A DNA stretch of 64,000 bases from Deltaproteobacteria bacterium (GTDB lineage: Bacteria; Desulfobacterota; Syntrophia; Syntrophales; UBA2210), in contig JAPLJO010000040.1 in the NCBI GenBank assembly GCA_026388515.1, positions 1,825-65,824 of the forward strand. Reading direction: 5' to 3'. The translations under genes were made by a program, and so were the position numbers. The notes under the pieces are model-generated. The model worked only from the letters and a program-made list of their open reading frames with translations, was not told the origin of the DNA and did no database searches. Below are positions 60,043 through 64,000 of the stretch, piece by piece (the stretch's first letter is position 1; the number at the start of each line of letters is the position of its first letter).

Positions 60043-61833
60043 GTGGGACAAAAAATTCAGGTCATGGCCGAGGAACTGGCCGGCAGGATCGCCGCAGGCG
60101 AAGTAGTCGAACGGCCGGCCTCAATTGTGAAAGAACTTGTTGAAAATGCCATTGATGCGGGTGCGACGGAAATCGTGGTTGATCTTGAAAAGGGCGGCAA
60201 GAAGTCGATACGGGTGACGGACAATGGGTGCGGTATAGAGAGAGAACAAGTGGAGATTGCGTTTCAGCGGAACGCCACCAGCAAGATCTATGAGTTTGAA
60301 GATATATACCGAATTCGTTCATTTGGATTCCGTGGCGAGGCTCTTTACAGCATCGCATCGATTTCAGAAGTTGAAATGTATACGAAAATAGCGGGGGCGG
60401 TAACGGGAAGCAGAATCGTCGTTGAGAACGGCATCATTAAAGAAATATCAGATGCCGGGTGTCCCCAGGGCACCTCCCTGCGCATTTCCCGTATATTTGC
60501 CGCCACTCCGGTGCGAATGAAGTTTCTCAAAGCCGACTCGACGGAACTGGGCCATTGCATTGATGCAGTTGTTCGCTGTGCCCTCGCCAATCCGACGATC
60601 AAGGTATCGGTCAACGTCAATAAAAAATCAGTTCTTGCCGTACCTCGAACCGGGAGCTATGCAGAAAGAATATCGCTCGTGCTGGGAGATCATGTGGAAC
60701 GTGAAACCGTTTCGGTGGAACACCCGGGTACTGCCATGGAACTCATCGGGTTTGTGTCCCGACCACGGTTCACACTTTCAAATGGAAGGGGAATGATGTT
60801 TTATGTGAATGGAAGATACGTTCGTGACAGCCTGCTGCACAATGCGATAATGTCGGCATACAGAAGACTCATCGAGCCGAGGCGCTACCCGTCGGCGATT
60901 ATTTTTCTTGATCTTCCCGCGGGAGAGGTTGACATAAACGTTCACCCGACGAAGCGCGAAGTGCGGTTTAAAAATCCTTCCATGGTATTTGAATTCATAA
61001 CACATGCAATCGCCAATACCCTCTCTGTCCTCACATCTGATAAAAAGTCCCATGATCCTTCATCGTTCTATGAGCTGCCGGGAGCCGGCGAAGGCAATGT
61101 AGTGAAGGGCGACGGGGAGAAGGACCGGAGATATACCATTGCCGCCGGTCCCGATAAAAAAATGTTTACGGAGAGGCATGCGGCAGAGAAACATGTGTTA
61201 TTTCGTTCCGCGCCGTTGCTGGGCGAAATCAACGGTGAGAGTGGAAAGGAATCCTATTTTTCAAGTCTCCATTACATCGGGAGGGTGTCGGGGACCTATC
61301 TGCTTTTCACGGCTCCCGACGCTATCGTGGTGATTGACCAGCACGCCGCGCATGAGAGAATACTTTTTGAGAAATTGAGAAGGCAGCTTATGGAAGCAGG
61401 CATGGAATCACAGCGGCTTCTCCTTCCGGAACTGCTCACTCTTAGTCCTGCACTGTACGCGCCGCTCATTGACCACCTTCAGATACTGAACGAACTCGGA
61501 TTCGAGGTTGAGCCTTACGGTCCTCACACAGTGATAGTAAAGAGCATTCCCACGCTGTTTTCACATCTTCCAATTTCCATTATCATGCCTGATATAATTG
61601 ACGAACTGGTGAAATCGGGGAAATCGATGCAGATCGAAGCATTGCGTGACACAATTGCAGCGCTCCTTGCCTGCAGAGGAGCAGTCAAGGCGGGAGAATC
61701 ACTCACAGAGGCTGAGATTGCCGGCCTCTGCCGCGATCTTGATGACGCGCCGTATTCGACGAATTGTCCGCATGGAAGGCCGGTATTCATAATCATGAAC
61801 AATGCCGAGCTCGAACGATTGTTCAAGCGGTAG
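60043..61833 (+). CDS. mutL: DNA mismatch repair protein MutL
   Basis: IAAGEVVERPASIVKELVENAIDAG, the GFRGEAL motif and a C-terminal dimerisation domain. GTG start with GAAGGAG 8 nt upstream. Confidence 0.9.
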   Translation: MGQKIQVMAEELAGRIAAGEVVERPASIVKELVENAIDAGATEIVVDLEKGGKKSIRVTDNGCGIEREQVEIAFQRNATSKIYEFEDIYRIRSFGFRGEALYSIASISEVEMYTKIAGAVTGSRIVVENGIIKEISDAGCPQGTSLRISRIFAATPVRMKFLKADSTELGHCIDAVVRCALANPTIKVSVNVNKKSVLAVPRTGSYAERISLVLGDHVERETVSVEHPGTAMELIGFVSRPRFTLSNGRGMMFYVNGRYVRDSLLHNAIMSAYRRLIEPRRYPSAIIFLDLPAGEVDINVHPTKREVRFKNPSMVFEFITHAIANTLSVLTSDKKSHDPSSFYELPGAGEGNVVKGDGEKDRRYTIAAGPDKKMFTERHAAEKHVLFRSAPLLGEINGESGKESYFSSLHYIGRVSGTYLLFTAPDAIVVIDQHAAHERILFEKLRRQLMEAGMESQRLLLPELLTLSPALYAPLIDHLQILNELGFEVEPYGPHTVIVKSIPTLFSHLPISIIMPDIIDELVKSGKSMQIEALRDTIAALLACRGAVKAGESLTEAEIAGLCRDLDDAPYSTNCPHGRPVFIIMNNAELERLFKR

Positions 61834-61837
61834 GGAA

Positions 61838-62773
61838 ATGACGATTGACATGAATATGCCTTTGCGACTGGTGGTTATTGCAGGCCCCACCGGCGTGGGA
61901 AAGTCAGAACTGGCACTGGATCTTGCCGAACTGATGGGCGGTGAAATCGTGAGTGCAGATTCGATGCAGGTATACCGGCATATGGACATCGGTACAGCAA
62001 AACCCGATCGTCAGACAAGGATAAGAATAAATCACCACATGATAGATATCGTAGATCCGGATGAGGAATTCAACGCGGCGCTTTTTGCCCGTGAAGCCGA
62101 TACGGTGATTCATGATATCGCACGAAGGGGATGCCACATTATTATTGCGGGGGGAACAGGCCTGTATGTGCGAGCACTACTCAGGGGACTTTTCGACGCC
62201 CCCCCATGCAACCGTCAACTCAGGTCGTCGTACCGTCTCGAGGCGGAAAAACAAGGCGATGACTATTTATATTACGAGCTGAACCGCCGGGACGGTGCAG
62301 CAGCCCGTCACATACACCCCCATGATAGAATGAGAATCATACGAGCACTTGAAATTCTGGACATTACGGGAGAGATGATGTCGGAAAAAAGGCAGCAGCA
62401 TCTATTTGCAGAGAAACGGTATGACTGTCTTTTTATAGGGCTCGCCATGGAGAGGCCTCTCCTTTACGAAAGAATCAACCGTCGCGTCGATGCCATGATT
62501 GAGGAGGGACTTGTGGAAGAAGTGGAGGAACTACTGTCGAGGGGATACGATGAAACACTGAAGCCGATGCAGTCGATGTGTTATAAATATACCATTGACT
62601 ATCTGGAGGGGAAGAGGACCAGGGATGAGGCCGTCTCTCTGATCAAGCGCGACACACGGCGCTATGCAAAACGACAGATTACCTGGTTCGGGAACGAGGA
62701 AGGTATTGTATGGATGCCGCCGCATGACCGCACCGCAATTTATAATGCAGTGAAAGGTTATTTAAATCTTTGA
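61838..62773 (+). CDS. miaA: tRNA dimethylallyltransferase
   Basis: The P-loop IAGPTGVGKS, SADSMQVYR.MDIGTAKP and position after mutL (the conserved mutL-miaA pair). Confidence 0.9.
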   Translation: MTIDMNMPLRLVVIAGPTGVGKSELALDLAELMGGEIVSADSMQVYRHMDIGTAKPDRQTRIRINHHMIDIVDPDEEFNAALFAREADTVIHDIARRGCHIIIAGGTGLYVRALLRGLFDAPPCNRQLRSSYRLEAEKQGDDYLYYELNRRDGAAARHIHPHDRMRIIRALEILDITGEMMSEKRQQHLFAEKRYDCLFIGLAMERPLLYERINRRVDAMIEEGLVEEVEELLSRGYDETLKPMQSMCYKYTIDYLEGKRTRDEAVSLIKRDTRRYAKRQITWFGNEEGIVWMPPHDRTAIYNAVKGYLNL

Positions 62774-62880
62774 TATTGTAAGCCTATCGGGTAAAAATGC
62801 TTGACTTCACCAGGATATGCATATAAATCTTTGCTCTACTGAAATGAGTACAATCTTCATGTGCAGTGAAGGGTGGTTAG

Positions 62881-63471
62881 ATGAATCTACGTGCAGCAGT
62901 GAAGTGCCTGGTTATCATTGCAGCTGCAATTACAATCGGTGCCTGTGCACACCCCGAACGGCAGCCGTTAAGTCAGCTTGATACCCCGGAACATCATACC
63001 TACACGGGAATGAGATTACTGAACCAGGGAAAGTATGATGACGCGGAGAGGGAATTCAATCTGTCACTTCAGCTCGATGACAGATTTTCGACAGCATATA
63101 CGGGCAGCGGTCTCGTAAAAGCCTATCATGGCGAGCATGATGCAGCCGCTGATCTGATGAAAAAAGCGAAGAAATATGCAGCCACCGACAGGGAAAAGAG
63201 CCTTTCCCGTGTGGGGTTATTGCGTATCGCGCTCATGAGCAAACGTGACGGCTGGCTTGAAGACGCCGAAGAGGCTTTTGCCGAGGCCGTCACCCTTGAC
63301 GCCAATCTCGCCGCGCTGCTGCTTGAGGAGTTCAGAATCGATGAGGTGTATAAAAAAGTTCGGCGTATCGATGTATGCAACCGGGTTCAAATCGCCCGAA
63401 GAAACGATACAGCAGGGGCGGCAGCAACAACCTCTTGCGAGCGACATCGGAGACCATGTACTCGCAGCTGA
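62881..63471 (+). CDS. TPR-like lipoprotein; 3' end uncertain because the coding signal appears to change frame downstream
   Basis: Lipobox ITIGAC and TPR-like helices (GKYDDAEREFNLSLQLDDRFSTAYTGSGLV...). The last ~40 codons of this frame look non-protein-like, while frame 2 and then frame 3 carry protein-like sequence to 63710. Confidence 0.5.
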   Translation: MNLRAAVKCLVIIAAAITIGACAHPERQPLSQLDTPEHHTYTGMRLLNQGKYDDAEREFNLSLQLDDRFSTAYTGSGLVKAYHGEHDAAADLMKKAKKYAATDREKSLSRVGLLRIALMSKRDGWLEDAEEAFAEAVTLDANLAALLLEEFRIDEVYKKVRRIDVCNRVQIARRNDTAGAAATTSCERHRRPCTRS

Positions 63472-63845
63472 TATGGGCGAAATAATACAAATCGGCGTGC
63501 GCGGTCTGGAGGTGTTTCCCGACGGAAGCTTCCGGTTTCGGATGTGAGAAATGACCTTCCGTATTTCAATGCAATCATGGTGGTGACGACACGGGGAATT
63601 ATGGAGATGCGGGGTCTTACCTCGGGTGAATTCGGCCCTCTCGCGACTGTGGCGGGAGCGGATGCGCTTCTTGTGACAAAAAACATCAAGGAAGAATTGA
63701 AAATATTTTGATGCACCTGCGGAAAGGCAGAGCGAATCGCACATAATGTTCATCTGTATAGTACTATAACCTGAATGCATGGGAAGGCGTAGGGTGGCAC
63801 CATACGCCTTTGGTTTATATACACTTTTGATTGTAAGGACTGGTT

Positions 63846-64000
63846 ATGGAAGAGGTAATGCTTGAAAAATCTTACTCGCCCCGTGAGGTCGAGGATCGAT
63901 GGTATGCCTACTGGCAGAACAAGGGCTTATTCAGGGCGTGTGATACCAGTGACAAGGCGCCGTACTGTATCGTCATACCGCCTCCGAATGTGACGGGTAT
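63846..64000 (+). CDS. valS: Valyl-tRNA synthetase, N-terminal fragment (continues beyond the window)
   Basis: MEEVMLEKSYSPREVEDRWYAYWQNKGLF...YCIVIPPPNVTG matches the ValRS N-terminus. It is not in the ORF track because there is no stop in the window. Confidence 0.85.
   Translation, partial: MEEVMLEKSYSPREVEDRWYAYWQNKGLFRACDTSDKAPYCIVIPPPNVTG

Noticed and set aside
63217-63780. 187-aa minus-strand ORF at the end of the TPR lipoprotein region
   Set aside because: The sequence is Cys/Arg/Ser/His-rich and unlike real protein. The plus strand carries protein-like sequence in shifting frames instead.

Overview
This is a gene-dense 64-kb bacterial chromosomal window with about 65 protein genes and 4 tRNAs. 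I saw no rRNA and no CRISPR array. The gene content suggests a strictly anaerobic Deltaproteobacteria/Desulfobacterota-like organism, but that is inference only. Supporting content: a four-subunit 2-oxoacid:ferredoxin oxidoreductase, a glycyl-radical enzyme, an HdrD/CCG-type Fe-S protein, tig-clpP-clpX-lon, and an intergenic hairpin-array repeat that translates to VIPxx..WTPAFAGVT. From about 10.5 kb to the end the window is mostly conserved housekeeping: panB, tilS-ftsH-folP-acpS-tsaE-lysC, tRNAs, tig-clpP-clpX-lon, nnr, glk, ligA, an EF-G paralog, carD-PIN/TRAM-ispD-ispF, pgk, truA, mutL, miaA and valS. The left ~10.4 kb is different. It opens inside the 3' end of a tyrosine-recombinase gene. 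It then encodes a zinc-ribbon/class III nucleotide cyclase fused to a STAND-type NTPase and TPR array, and a secreted zinc-phospholipase-C-like protein. It also encodes a patatin phospholipase gated by two cyclic-nucleotide-binding domains and a PycTM/DUF5706-like membrane protein broken by one in-frame TAG. A truncated zinc-ribbon stub and a short sequence repeat shared between 5' regions complete the block. I consider this block the best candidate for an undescribed cyclic-nucleotide signalling or defence-like module. Other points worth a second look are an orphan glycyl-radical enzyme next to a split Fe-S/CCG gene (in-frame TGA), a structured leader before a panG-like/panB operon, an internally deleted and frameshifted nnr, an AT-rich single-gene beta-barrel insertion, and a DUF799-FN3-beta-helix giant lipoprotein paired with an LPP20-like lipoprotein. 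Four genes are interrupted, which may be real decay or assembly error. All calls come from reading the supplied ORF translations and the DNA by eye. No HMM, BLAST, tRNA-finding or RNA-folding software was run. Start codons were adjusted by eye using Shine-Dalgarno spacing.
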